DNA of 64,000 bases from Octopus vulgaris (taxonomy: Eukaryota), in assembly GCA_951406725.2 (NCBI GenBank), contig OX597814.1, forward strand, positions 86,180,001 through 86,244,000, given 5' to 3'. The position numbers and the translations under genes were made by a program. Shown here in pieces: positions 43,272 through 57,854 of the stretch (the stretch's first letter is position 1; each line of letters starts with the position of its first letter). Under the pieces are notes generated by a model that was given only the letters and a program-made list of their open reading frames with translations, was not told where the DNA came from and did not search any database.

Positions 43272-44188
43272 AGTGTATGTGTGTGTGTGTGTGTGTTCGT
43301 ATGCTTGTATGCATTTGTACATTTGCATACGTGCATATGCATGAATAAGGGAGAGATACAGAGTGTGAGAGAGAGAGGGAGTGGAGAGAGTTCATCATTT
43401 GAAATTCTTTGATTGAACTAATTGACGATAAAACTGACGACACACGGCGATGATTAAAACACGGTTGGGAGAGTGAATACCTGACAGGATGGGGGAAGTG
43501 GTTAGGGAAGATACCGACAATGACGGAGATGATGCCGGCGTGGTGTTTGCCGTATAAATGGTGTAAAATCAGATGCCAGTAGTGAATTTCAGGTGAATCT
43601 AGCTTTCCAATCTGAACATATCACTCATTTCGTTATTGTACGTATGTATATGTGTCTGGCTGTGCGTGTGTGTGTTTGTATATGAATGTGTATGTTCGTG
43701 TGTGTATTTGCATTTTAGTATAAGTGTGTATGATTCTGTTTGCGAGCATTGTGCATTTGTGTGAATGTATGTGTGTGAATATATGTGTGAGTTCGCATTT
43801 TTTTGTATACGTTTGTGCTTATAGGTGTCTGTGTATGCGTGCATGTCTGTCAGTGTAAGTATATATGTCATTACGTGTTAATGTGGGAGCGTGTGTATAC
43901 CTCTGTATATGCGTGTGTGCATGCATCTATGTGTGGAGGCGCGTGGCTCAGGAGGTCGGGAGTTGAACTCATAATCGTAAGATTGTTGTTTCGATTCCCG
44001 GCTCGGACGATTCGTTGCGCTTTTGAGCAAAACACTTCATTTCCTGGTGTTCCAGTTCACTCAACTATTAAAACAGAATCATCCAGCCACAGAATCCAGA
44101 AAACCGGCCTTATGAGCCAATGGTTCTAGAAACCCTTTGATTTTTTTCTGATGCGTCAATGCGTCAATGCGTCAATGTACACATCTGT

Positions 44189-44240
<52 letters not shown>

Positions 44241-44748
44241 ATTGCATCGATAACCAGCTGGAGGAGGTTCCTCCTGGGGTTAGAAACGGTAGTGCTAGCA
44301 AAGAAGTTGTTGCAAGTACTATCGTACAATTTTTCGTTGTGATTGTTTAACTATTTATTACATTCTAATTTTTTCTGTTTCTTATCTTTGAATTTTGTTC
44401 ATATATTTTCTTCTTGTTTTTTTTTTTAAATTTTATTTACTTGAATTTCAAAAATTATCTCATCATTTTCTTTGCGAGTCGTATCCAGCACTACTTCTTC
44501 GTCTAATATTTTTTGTTGCTCTGCTAGAGGTAGCAGCCACATTAAATAAATTGTAAACACAAGGAATATTTTAGGGAAAAAAATTAAATAATGTATATAA
44601 AAGACTGACCTTTCATCTGCCTCGGGTATTGAAATATGTGCCCAAACATTTCGAAATCATTTGTTCGCAAATTAACCAAAAAAACCCAAAGTTTTTCGGC
44701 CAGTAAAATTGTAATCATAGCGCTCACGAGAGACACATCCACACACAA

Positions 44749-44827
<79 letters not shown>

Positions 44828-45689
44828 CCTTTCTACTAAAGGCACAAGATCTGAAATTTTGGGGGAGGGGACTAGTCGATTTCATCGACCCCAGTGTTTC
44901 ACTGGTACTTTATTTATCGACCCCGAAAGGAAGACAGGCAAAGTCGACCTCGGCGGAATAATAATAATTATAAGTATAATGATAAGCACAAGAACACCAT
45001 AGCATAGAAGAAATCAAGATTCCAGAAGTAAGTATACAAATAACAAGAAAATAGTATTACATTTCAGTTCTGCATAGAACCATGTCTATATATCAATATA
45101 TCGACCACACACACATAAGACAATACTGCATGCACCTGAGACCTATGGAGGTGAGCCTTGGTGTTTCAGGGTAAAATGAATTTTAAAAAAACACATTGAA
45201 ACGGAAAATGACAGTAAGATTTCAATGTGATACTATGAATATTTTTCATGTTTTGGAATTTGAGAATTATACAAAATATTTAAAAAAAAACATCCAGTAT
45301 TTTCATGCAGTCATTTGTCGGTTTATGTTTAATGTGACTACTTACTTTGTGTGTTGTTCGGTTACCTTACAGACTTGATGAGAGAAGTATTCTTCCGCCC
45401 AAAGACGTAGTCTCTCCTGATGTGACAGAGCAGGTCTCATTAAAACTACTTTCAACTAAAACAGACAGTTCAGGGTAGGTATTTCAACAGCTAATTTTAG
45501 CCTTACACTAGCGAACTGGCGAACTGAAAATGACCACATATCAACGAGTCTCTGTTTGACAAACGATGTGACTGTAGTATTCGGTTCGCCATTTGGCTTT
45601 CTCTTTGTAATATAACTAACCTAAGTATCAGATATTGACGGTAGCGTTGACAGCTGATCCGAAGTTAGCTTCTTTTCATGTCTATATTT

Positions 45690-45914
45690 TGTTTCTTTAT
45701 TACCCACAAGGGGCTAAACATAGAGGGGACAAACAAGGACAGACACACGGATTAAGTCGATTACATTGACCCCAGTGCGTAACTGGTAGTTAATTTATCG
45801 ACCCCGAAAGGATGAAAGGCAAAGACGACCTCGGCGGAATTTGAATCAGAACGTAAAGGCAGACGAAATACGGCTACGCATTTCGCCCGGCGTGTTAACG
45901 TTTCTGCCAGCTCG
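45690..45914 (-). mobile_element. SINE family B
   Basis: Near-identical to 24667-24900. Confidence 0.85.
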
Positions 45915-45985
45915 ATATTAAAATGAAAATATATGCACACACATACACACACATACATACATACATACATACATACATACATACA

Positions 45986-46016
<31 letters not shown>

Positions 46017-46490
46017 CTATCTATTGCGCGGAACAGTGGGGTAAAGTGAGATGCAAGATAGCATGTTTCGACAACCGCTATGTAATTATTATAGCATTTT
46101 GTTGAAACACGTGTACTTTCTATAAAACATTGGATGCCTTCCTTGTTTTCTGTAAATGATATACAAACACACACACACACACACAATCACACATATATAC
46201 ACACACACATATATATAGTGTAAACAGAGTTAACGGTTATAATAACCGACTAAGGGATAAAATATCCGTATGTGCTATCGGTATCCGTTACCCGTATTAT
46301 CCCCGGGTATTGGTGTGCAGGCAGACCAAGTCCGTAGAGTGCAGGTAACAACAGGATAAACAAGAGTTTATCAGGAACCAATACAAATAATCAGAAAATG
46401 GAGAAAACCTCAGATTAACAAACACGTCGATTGGACCACAGAAATAAGCTATAAATGTGGTTGTTAATCTGAGGTTTTCTCCATTTTCTG

Positions 46491-46547
<57 letters not shown>

Positions 46548-46551
<4 letters not shown>

Positions 46552-46750
46552 AGAGTTTACAAAAAATAAACAAAAGACGAAGACAGGTAGTGTACAAAAC
46601 AAACAGATGTATTGGTATAACACTCAGGAAAAGAAAAAAGTATTTTACGTTTCGAGCCTACGCTCTTCTACAGAAAGGGACACAGAAAAAACAAGGAAAG
46701 AAACAAGGAGAGAAAAAAATGTGTGTAGTGACTAACGATCTATCATGGCG
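46548..46750 (-). mobile_element. Penelope-like terminal-repeat fragment abutting (TA)n, hammerhead variant at 46643-46677
   Basis: Reverse complement of 39962-40150; core CTGTAGA...GAAACGTA. Confidence 0.7.
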
Positions 46751-47114
46751 TATGGATGGATGGATGGATGTGTATATATTAATGTAGGTATAAGCAAGTT
46801 AGATCTAAATATAAAGTTTTACTATATTAATACATGAAATACAAGAAATATATACAAAAAATGTATATATGTTAACATACAGAAAAGGTCCGACTTACAT
46901 AGAATACAAATGAAATAGAGAATTAAAGGGGTTAAAGAAAAGTATCGCAAAATCTAATAGCTGTTTCCATCTTTGAACTTCTTTCCTTTAACACCTCAAA
47001 TGTAAAATCTCTTCCCTGAAGACGGAAGCTCGTCTCATCCAATGATTGAATCAATCTACAAGCATTACTTTTGACAACCGAACCCCAGTAACAGCTGTTA
47101 GTTTTGTAATACTT

Positions 47115-47491
<377 letters not shown>

Positions 47492-48041
47492 GATACCGGT
47501 AGTGTTGGCAGTTAACGATGATGATGGCAATAATGAGGAAATAATGAAATGATACATGGGTTCTTCTCAAAGCAGGTACGTGAGGTTTGTAAAATCGTTG
47601 AAATTTTGAAGTAATTGCAAATAACTAAACGCAACTTGTGCTTTTAGAAAATGTTGTGAAAGCCTTTTTGGCTGTTCCCATCCACATACCGTTGTGAACA
47701 AGGGTTTTCTACAATGTTTATAACCAAAAACAAATTTTGTATGAGACTGTCGATTGAGAATGATATGCGAAACCATGTCTAGAATTGAGTTACTTGTTAG
47801 AAAATGTCAGGTTCAACCTTCTCATAAATAATTTAACATTAAATTAAATTTGATTTATCTCTTATATAGGCATAAGGCCAGAAATTTGTTGGGGAAGAGA
47901 ACAGTTGATTATATCAACTCCAGTACTTTTTTTTTGCCGAACCCGCTAAGTTATGGGGACGCAAATACACCAACACCAGTTCTTAAGCAGTGGTAGGAGA
48001 GAAACACAGATACAAAGACACACAAACATATGCGCGCGCAT

Positions 48042-48074
<33 letters not shown>

Positions 48075-48126
48075 TACATACATACATACATACATACATA
48101 CATACATACATACATACATACATACA

Positions 48127-48158
<32 letters not shown>

Positions 48159-48208
48159 CGACGGGCTTCTTTCAGTTTCCATCTACCAAATCCACTCACA
48201 ATGCTTTG

Positions 48209-48515
48209 TGGAGGCACATGGCCTAGTTGTTAGAGCAGCGGACTCGCGGTCGAGGGATCACGGGTTCGAATCTCAGACCGGGCAGTGTGTGTGTTTATGA
48301 GCGAAACACCTAAGCTCCATGCGGCTCTGGCAGAATGTAATGGCGAACTTCTGCTGACTCTTTCGCCACAACTTTCTCTCACTCTTTCCTCCTGCATCTT
48401 GCAGCTCACATGCGACGGACCGGCGTCCCGTCCAGGTGGAGAACATATACGCCAAGGAAACCGGGAAACCGGCCCTTATGAGCCAGGTGTGGCTCGAGAA
48501 GGAACAAAAAAAAAA
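48209..48515 (+). mobile_element. SINE family C inserted in a minus-strand SINE A (47930-48639)
   Basis: A and B boxes, A-rich tail, TSD acaatgctttg at 48198-48208 and 48516-48526. Confidence 0.88.
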
Positions 48516-49755
48516 ACAATGCTTTGGACGATCCGAGGTTATAATAGAAGTCACTTGCCCAAAATGTCACGCAATGGAACTGAACCTGAAACTATGTGGC
48601 TGGGAAGCAAACGTCTTACCATACTGCCACGCCTGCGCCTGAGCAAGATTTGAATTCATCAAATTAAATTAAATTAAATTAATAGTAAATGATGTACGTC
48701 TGTTGTCTGTTCTTTTGTATCCAATCATTTTACACTACATTCCACACGGGGGATACGCCAATACTACCGACCATGATAAAAGGGTTCGCCAGAAGAAAGC
48801 GTTTGAGAGCGAACACCTAAACTAGGAAATATTAATTGCCTCGTTCTCTATATTTCTAAATGGATTTGTTTTATTTGTCTGATATCATTATTTTGCATTT
48901 CATGTGAACCGTTAGCATGCCAGACAAAATGCTTCGCCGCATTTCGTCCGTCTTTACGTTCTGAGATCAAATTCGCCGAGGCTGACTTGCCCTTCATACT
49001 TTCGGAGTCGATAAAATAAGTACTAGACCCCCCACCCACCCACTTCTCTAAAAATATGCTAGCCGTGTGCCAACATTTAAAACTATAATTCTGTATTTCA
49101 TGAATATAAGTGGTGTACGTGAGTGTGCAAGTATGTGAGTATATGTGTGTGAGAAAGACAAAAAGTACATAAAATTTAAGGATAACATCATATCCAGTTA
49201 CATAGGTGCGAAAAATTTAGTTTGTATTTGTAAATATTTGTGCCTGTGGGAGCGTGATAACGCTGTAAAAGATGATGAAGTTGTGAATGAAATGTCAAAA
49301 TATTAGTGTCATAAACTGAAATACTGTATATTTTGTGTATTTCTGGAACGTCGCGTCTTCAGTAAACACATGTGAATCGTTGGTGATTTCTTTTTTTCTT
49401 CCGTCTTCCTTTTCTATTGGACTTTCCTCTGATTCTGAAGAAGAGCTATGCTCGAGGCGTAAAACCACCTTTCTTTCCTTCCTTGAGTGTCTGCTAATAT
49501 TTTACATGTACCAGGTCCTCGCTTTGTTTTTCATTTTTTTTTTTGTGGGGGGGTTATATATATATATATATTTATTTATTTACATATATATATACTTATG
49601 TATGTGTATGTTTGTAACTCCATAGGTAGCATTATTAATGAAATGCAATAAACACATATGGTTTGATGACTCGCGTCGTACCGCACTAGATATAGGAGTG
49701 AAATATGGAACGTACTACTGGGCCTGGAAATTGGTTACGTGTTACGCTTCACCTC

Positions 49756-49792
<37 letters not shown>

Positions 49793-50311
49793 TGTCTGTC
49801 TGTCTGTCTGTGTGTATGTCTGTGTGTGTGTGTATGTGTGCGTGCGTGCGTGCGTACGTGCGGATATATATATATATATATATATACTATATTCATTAGT
49901 ACATACACTATAGATGTGTGTGTGTGTGTGTGCATAATGATTGACTCCCCCATCAATTATGACGTAAGAGTGTTCAGTTATGCTGAACTACCCGCACGGA
50001 TAATATGTTTAATGTGACCAAATGTATTTGCTGTACATTAGCTGACTTCCTCTATCAAATCGACATTACCCGTACAGGTACACAAGTGTGCCACAAGTCA
50101 GGTGTCGAAATAGTCACAGAGCAACGTAAAATGAAGTGTTTTCCACAAAAACAAAACACACCGCCCGATTGCAGATTCGGACCTACGACCTAGTGATTAT
50201 GAGTGCAACGCCCTAAACACTAAGCTACGTGCCTTCACTACATATTATGTATGTATGTATATGTGTATATATATATATATGTATGTGTGTATATATATAT
50301 ATATATATATG

Positions 50312-50353
<42 letters not shown>

Positions 50354-51279
50354 AATTCAAAATCTGTGTGTCCTCCCACAATTTTAGCAAAAACGGTGCA
50401 GCTATAAAATGTTTCAACAGAAATAATATTAGCCCCTGGTGTCTAAGATACCTTCCCTATTATTTCTGATTTTGGAACCTTGAAAACCATTCTTTTATTA
50501 TTATCATTATTAATTTATAAATGTTTATTATTGTATAAACATAGAAAAGTAATATTCAACACATACGCTCACTTGCTCAGTAACAAATAGACACGCAGGC
50601 GCACGCGCGCACGCATACACTCTCACACACACACACCTACACACACACACGCGCGCGCATACACACACCTACGCACACATACGCATGTACACCCATAAGC
50701 ATTCACCACTTATACATACACACGCAAATACACGCATAAGCACACACACTTACACATACATACGCATATACACACACACCTACAGACACATACGCATATA
50801 CACGCATAAACACACACACACTTACACACATACGCATATACACGCATAAGCACACACATATCGTAAAAAAAGTGTTGTTAGAGTAAAAAAAATGTTTCTT
50901 TTGTGCTTTGATGTTCACAAAACGATTTGGTTAGGTGTGGAGGTTACTGGTCCATATGTTTCTGTCCAGGAGTTCATTGTTCTATAAGCAATTTGATTAG
51001 TATATAGAGATTTTTAACCCTTGTGCTTTATGAAGGCTGAGTTTGTGGACTGTGTTTAAAAATATTTCTTCAGTTCTGTTTCAAACGTAGGTATTTTATA
51101 ATGAATTACTTTTTGTATAAAAGGGATGTATATCTTCATTTACAAAAATGGTAGAGGGGGGATATTGAAAATAAAAAAAATTTAAAAGACAGAAAGAGAA
51201 AGATTAAAAAGGATTATGAAAGAAAATGGTCTTACAACTAGTTGAAAGAAAATGGTCTTACAACTAGTTGGAGGAACAT

Positions 51280-51314
<35 letters not shown>

Positions 51315-51859
51315 AAAATATTTTCTGATCTCCCACTTTCATACAATATATTTTATTGAGCCTCATCGCAGTTTATTCATTTTCGTTCAGCGCCTGGCGG
51401 TCGTCTAAGAGGCGCCCTGTGTCAAAAAATATCATTCGTAGCAGAGGTTCTCTCGACATCGTTCACACGCGCCTGAATCGGGCTCAGAAGTTACAGCCCG
51501 AGTTGTTATCTATTAAAAATAATTCAAAAATTAAAAGTAATTCAAATTCAATTTTCTCTTGAAATAATAAATTTCTATTGACATTAAGATTTAAATTCCA
51601 ATCTATGAATAGTTTCCATTCTACGATATCCTTAAAGGAACGAAAAATTATCCTGTAAGTCGGGCTAATACGAACGAGCCTGGTAGGTGTATAAGACTGA
51701 CTGGCATCTTTTGTCAAGAGTACAGGCGACAGTCAGATCGTTGATGTTCGTTGTGCACTCTGCTGTCGTTATTTGATTGCTGTGATTCTGTGCGTCTGTG
51801 TGTATTGTTCCTAAATAGAATTATAAGACTTCGCCGTATATTGACAGTAGAAAATGGTC

Positions 51860-52266
51860 TCATACTAAGTCTACTTACAAAATTTCAATCACCACCGTTT
51901 CCTAATTCACGCAGAATTCGCACGTCACTGCAATACTCCAAAAGTCCCAGCTCTCCTATCTAGAGTAAGGACCATGTACTGCAATAGCTTGGGATTCAGG
52001 GACCCATAGCTATTTAACGCCTTGCCAAAATATCTGAGGGATTTTCATGGAGTGGTGGTAGATATTTTCAGGAAACCACTTGACCTTTTGCTATCCAAGA
52101 TCCCTGATGAACAAATATCAAGGCAGGAAACTCAAAAGAGGGCAGCAGTGTGAAATTCCTTCCTTCACCAAAAACCAGTCACATAAAATTGGCCATTGGA
52201 AAGGTGATTACACTGGCGGTTCCCCAGCATGACCACAGCTTTAGGGCTAAAACCTATAAAAGAATA
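51860..52266 (+). mobile_element. CR1/L2-group LINE 3' end, degenerate
   Basis: YCNSLGFRDP*LFNALPKYLRDFHGVVVDIFRKPLDLLLSKIPDEQ, a typical RT C-terminal tail, then 3' UTR. Confidence 0.6.
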
Positions 52267-52274
52267 TATATATA

Positions 52275-52425
52275 GGAGCACTCCATCGGTTACGACGACG
52301 AGAGTCCCAGCTGATGCAATCAACGGAACAGCTTGCTCGTGAATTTAACGTGCAAGTGGCTGAGCACTCCACAGATACATGTACCCTTAACGTAGTTCTC
52401 AGGGAGATTCAGAGTGACACACGAT
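52275..52425 (+). repeat. Dispersed repeat family, also at 12580-12765 (+) and about 60700-60840 (-)
   Basis: Shared AACG(T/C)GCAAGTGGCTGAG...CACAGA...GTAGTTCTC...GGA..TTCAG.GTGACAC. Confidence 0.65.
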
Positions 52426-52514
52426 CGTGAGCCACGCGCCTTCACAGACACACACATGCATGTATGTATATGTATATATATGTATGTGTGTATATATATA
52501 TATACATACATACA

Positions 52515-52915
<401 letters not shown>

Positions 52916-53403
52916 TACTCATGGCTAGTAGTATTCTTGATAGGTCTTTCCACTTAGAGTTGACTGGGTTAAACAAGAACAAGAGAAGCGAGTGGGAAAA
53001 TTCTAGAAGGATGAAGCATCAGAGTCTTCTTGATAGTTCTAATCTGATGCAAAACAAGTGATATTGGGAGAGAAAATCAACCAATCAATAGACTTGGTAT
53101 CGATTATTCCATCTACCTATTGATCTGCACGTGAAAGCCATAATTAAACAATGGAACAATGAAAGTGGATAATGGATGTAAGCGGCCATTTTTGCTGGTA
53201 TAACGCAAAGAGACTCCCTAATGTTCCATAGCTGTATTGCTGTATTCATATACGTATGTATGTATGTATGTATGTATGTATGTATGTATGTATGTATGTA
53301 TGTATGCATGTGTGTGAGAGTGCTTGGGAGTGTTTGACTGTTACCTTTTCTTTATGTATAGAGAAATTGTATAGGAACAGACGTTACAAATATACAAATG
53401 CAA

Positions 53404-53463
<60 letters not shown>

Positions 53464-53746
53464 TCATATGCGCGCGTGCATATGTATGTGTATTGAGTAT
53501 ATTCGTGTAATATGCTAATACACATTGGATCCGCACAGAGAACCACTTAACTGTATATGTGTATTATGTGAATAGACATATGTGAGTGCACGTACACAGA
53601 TATGTGTTTGAAAGTGTCCTCATATGTGTCATCTCTTAAATACAGTTATGGATGATTATTTTAGTAGTATTTTCAATCAATTACTTCCCTCAATCTTGCA
53701 CACAGAAAATGTGTGTAAGTCTGTGTATGTATATATACATGTTTTT

Positions 53747-53826
<80 letters not shown>

Positions 53827-53881
53827 CTGCATGTGTATGTGTGTGTGTGTATGTATGTATGTATGTATGTATGCATGCATG

Positions 53882-53927
<46 letters not shown>

Positions 53928-54092
53928 CATATAAAAATATATCAAATAAAATATATGTACATATATATGCATATATATAAATATAAATGTGTGTGTGTGT
54001 ATATATGTACGTACACACACACACTCTCACTCACAGGCACATATATTTTGACATGTATGTGTACATGTTTATTTATTATACACACAAACGCC

Positions 54093-54140
<48 letters not shown>

Positions 54141-54237
54141 TGTGTGTGTGTGTGTGTATATATGTATGTATGTATATATGTAAGTATATGCACATGCATT
54201 CATATTTATATGTGTGTATATGCATATATAGTCTATG

Positions 54238-54304
<67 letters not shown>

Positions 54305-54417
54305 ATGATACAGAGATGTCTTCGTATATACGTATACATACATTCAAACATTTATCTGTAATTTCCTTTGATGTCTACATAACAATGCATTAATATGTCT
54401 TTCGGTTTTCGTTTCAG

Positions 54418-54479
54418 GGACCATAGGTTAGCACTGAAGCGCCCGGGTGGCGATGAAAATGACGCCGACTTCAAAAAAG
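54418..54479 (+). CDS. T-box gene, short exon after the T-domain (62 nt)
   Basis: gtttcag|G acceptor completes CG|G (Arg) in phase 2; reads (R)DHRLALKRPGGDENDADFKK, G|gtgaga donor; GC-rich island amid microsatellites. Confidence 0.72.
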
Positions 54480-55568
54480 GTGAGAACCACTCAGACAGTT
54501 TCTCTTAGCTATTGCATTAACTCCAACAGCCGACGTCACTGGTGATATCTCGGCAAGCCGAAACGAGATTTGGCGAGAGTTTCGCAGTTACCTTGCTAAA
54601 ACCGACACCTTTCGACAACCGGGTGAATGGAAAAATCCATGTCCTCTCGGGCCGAAACGTAAAAGTGGCATTCGATTTAAGAGCACTCACTTCTTTTTGT
54701 TATTATTGGCTACGTTGTTATCGTTGTTGCTGTTTTATTTATTTATTTTTAATATTTCCACATCTCTCTTTCATTTTCTTTTTCTCTTTGTATTTTTTTA
54801 TAAGATTAGAGTATTTTCTTGAAATATTAATGACCTTGGTAATTAAATATAAAGAGTTCTTGTCGGCACTATCATTAAAAAAATATCGTCACCAAGTCTC
54901 TTTACACTTCGTCAGGCCTTTAATTTAATTTACAATTCAGTTAAGGCGGGTGCACACCTGTTCCCCGGGAACTAGCTTTTGGTAGACACCGCTTTGCCAC
55001 AAAATTATCGTCTGTTAAGGCACAGCCATATATATAAACAGAGACAAAACTTTCATCTTTTCCTCTCCCTTTCTCATCTATTTACTCTTCTTCCTGGATG
55101 AATATTTGTACCAAGCGAGATCTCTGGCAGCTGTTCACAGAAATTAATACTTGTATTTGTCTATATAATTATGTATGTACGTATGCGTCTGTGTTAGTTC
55201 ATTTGTGTATACGAGTTTTGTGTGTTGATCTGTGTTTCTGCATGTATATAGAAACATTACTTACGGTACGTACATATGTGTGTTTCTATGTATATGTGTG
55301 TGTGTGTGTGTGTACACATACATACGCACACGCACACACATATGACACAAATACATTATAGTGATCAGATATATATTAGCTTACGTCGTATGCATGCATA
55401 CGTATATGTATGTATGTGTGTATGTGTGTATGTATATATGTATGTATGTATAGATAGATAGATACATACATACATATATACATACATACATTTCATACAT
55501 ACATAAATACACGCACACACACTTATATACATACATACACACATACATACATACATACATACATACAT

Positions 55569-55609
<41 letters not shown>

Positions 55610-55611
<2 letters not shown>

Positions 55612-56020
55612 CTCTCTCTTTTACTCTTTTACTTGTTTCAGTCCTTTGACTGCGGCCATGCTGGAGCACGCCTTTAGTCGAGCGACTCGACCCCGGGACT
55701 TATTCTTTTTTTGTAAGCCCAGTACTTATGCTACCGGTCTCTTTTGCCGAACCGCTAAGTAACGGGGACATAAACACACCAGCATCGGTTGTCAAGCAAT
55801 GCTAGGGGGACAAACACAGACACACAAACAAACACACATACATATATATACACATATATACGACAGGCTTCTTTCAGTTTCCGTCTACCAAATCCACTCA
55901 CAAGGCATTGTTCGGCCCGGGGCTATAGCAGAAGACACTTGCCCAAGATGCCACGCAGTGGGACTGAACCCGGAACCATGTGGTTGGTTAGCAAGCTACT
56001 TACCACAAGCCACTCCTGCG

Positions 56021-56022
<2 letters not shown>
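55610..56022 (-). mobile_element. SINE family A, full length
   Basis: Homology to 23933-24325. Confidence 0.88.
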
Positions 56023-56100
<78 letters not shown>

Positions 56101-57307
56101 AGATACATACCCATATATACATTACCATATATATTCACACTTATATTTTGCCTGTATATGTTTGTATATATGTATGTATGCATATATCAACGTTTGTATG
56201 TTTAGTGTATATATGTAAGTATACGTTTGTGTGTGTGTGTGTATGTATAAATGTTTTGTATACGTTTGTACGTGTGTTTATTTGTGTAAGTGAATATTTT
56301 TGTATTACAAACAGACATATTTTTTTAATTAAATTTATCTTACCATTAATTTACTCTGAGTATACATGTATTTTTCACTTAACTAAAGTTAATTTTGATA
56401 TAAGGTTTTTTTTTCCGATTTCACCTAATATGATTTTTAAATCGTAATTTTAATTTTATGTAAATCACCGGTTCTTAAATAAGACCGTTAGTTGAAAGTT
56501 TTTGTTCCATTCTCAACCAAAAATGTCCTACAATCGAGAACGTGAAACTCTGAGTAACAGTTTTTTGTGATGATTTTGCAGCTTTAATAATACAGTGCAC
56601 ACACACATACATACACACACACACATACACACATACACACGCGCACGCACACACACACACACGCACACACATATACCGTTTGTAGAAAAACATAAATCCG
56701 GAGAGTACACTCTAAGAAGTAGAGCAGCTGATATGATAGTGGTGGGGGCGGTTTATGGGGTTACCCTGGGTTTCTCGTCCATAAGGGGTTTAGCGTTACT
56801 GCGCAGCGTCAGACCCTGCCCTTAAGGAGGAGAAACCCTGGGTAACCTCATAAACCGGACTCCCCATCCACACGCACATACACGCTTTCATATACATATG
56901 CATGCACATATTCGTTTTGAAATCAACACTACTTTATTATCTCCACTTCTTCTTAGCTCTCCTGTGTGACCCCTCTGTCCGGCATTCACCATGATAAATC
57001 ACTAGCCACTAAACCCTTTTTTTATTTTCTCTCCCTGTTTATTTCTGTGTTCCTTTCTGTCGAAGAGCGTAACCTCAAAACGTAAAAGACTTTCTCACTT
57101 CCCGAGCGTTAAACAAATACATCTGTTTGTTGTTTACACACCCGTCTTCGTCTTTTGGTTTCGAATTGGTTTCTTTACATTCTTGTTACTCAGCGGTTCG
57201 ACAAAAGATGTACGATACAAGTACCAGGCATAAAATTTGGGGTCGAAGTGATCGACTAAATCATTCAAGGCGCCAATTTGGCTGCAGTCCAATGACTGCA
57301 AAATAAG

Positions 57308-57394
<87 letters not shown>

Positions 57395-57466
57395 CAGACA
57401 AACATCCTGGCAGGCAGAGATTATATATGTGAATATAGACAAATAATCATATGTATAAGTGTCTAC

Positions 57467-57516
<50 letters not shown>

Positions 57517-57534
57517 GCACACACTCACACACAC

Positions 57535-57616
<82 letters not shown>

Positions 57617-57648
57617 ATTATATATATATATATATATAAAAATAAAAA

Positions 57649-57745
<97 letters not shown>

Positions 57746-57854
57746 TATATGTGTGTGTGTGTGGCTATGTAGTGTATGTATGTATGTATGTATGTATGTA
57801 TGTATGTATGTATGTATGTATGTATGTATGTATGTATGTATGTATGTATGTATG

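Noticed and set aside
47000-47100. CTGAAGACGG...CCGAAC hammerhead-like text
   Set aside because: GAAA is incomplete and helices I and III cannot be formed convincingly
54540-54670. Two CCGAAACG motifs suggesting another hammerhead
   Set aside because: No recognisable CUGANGA half-core upstream of either
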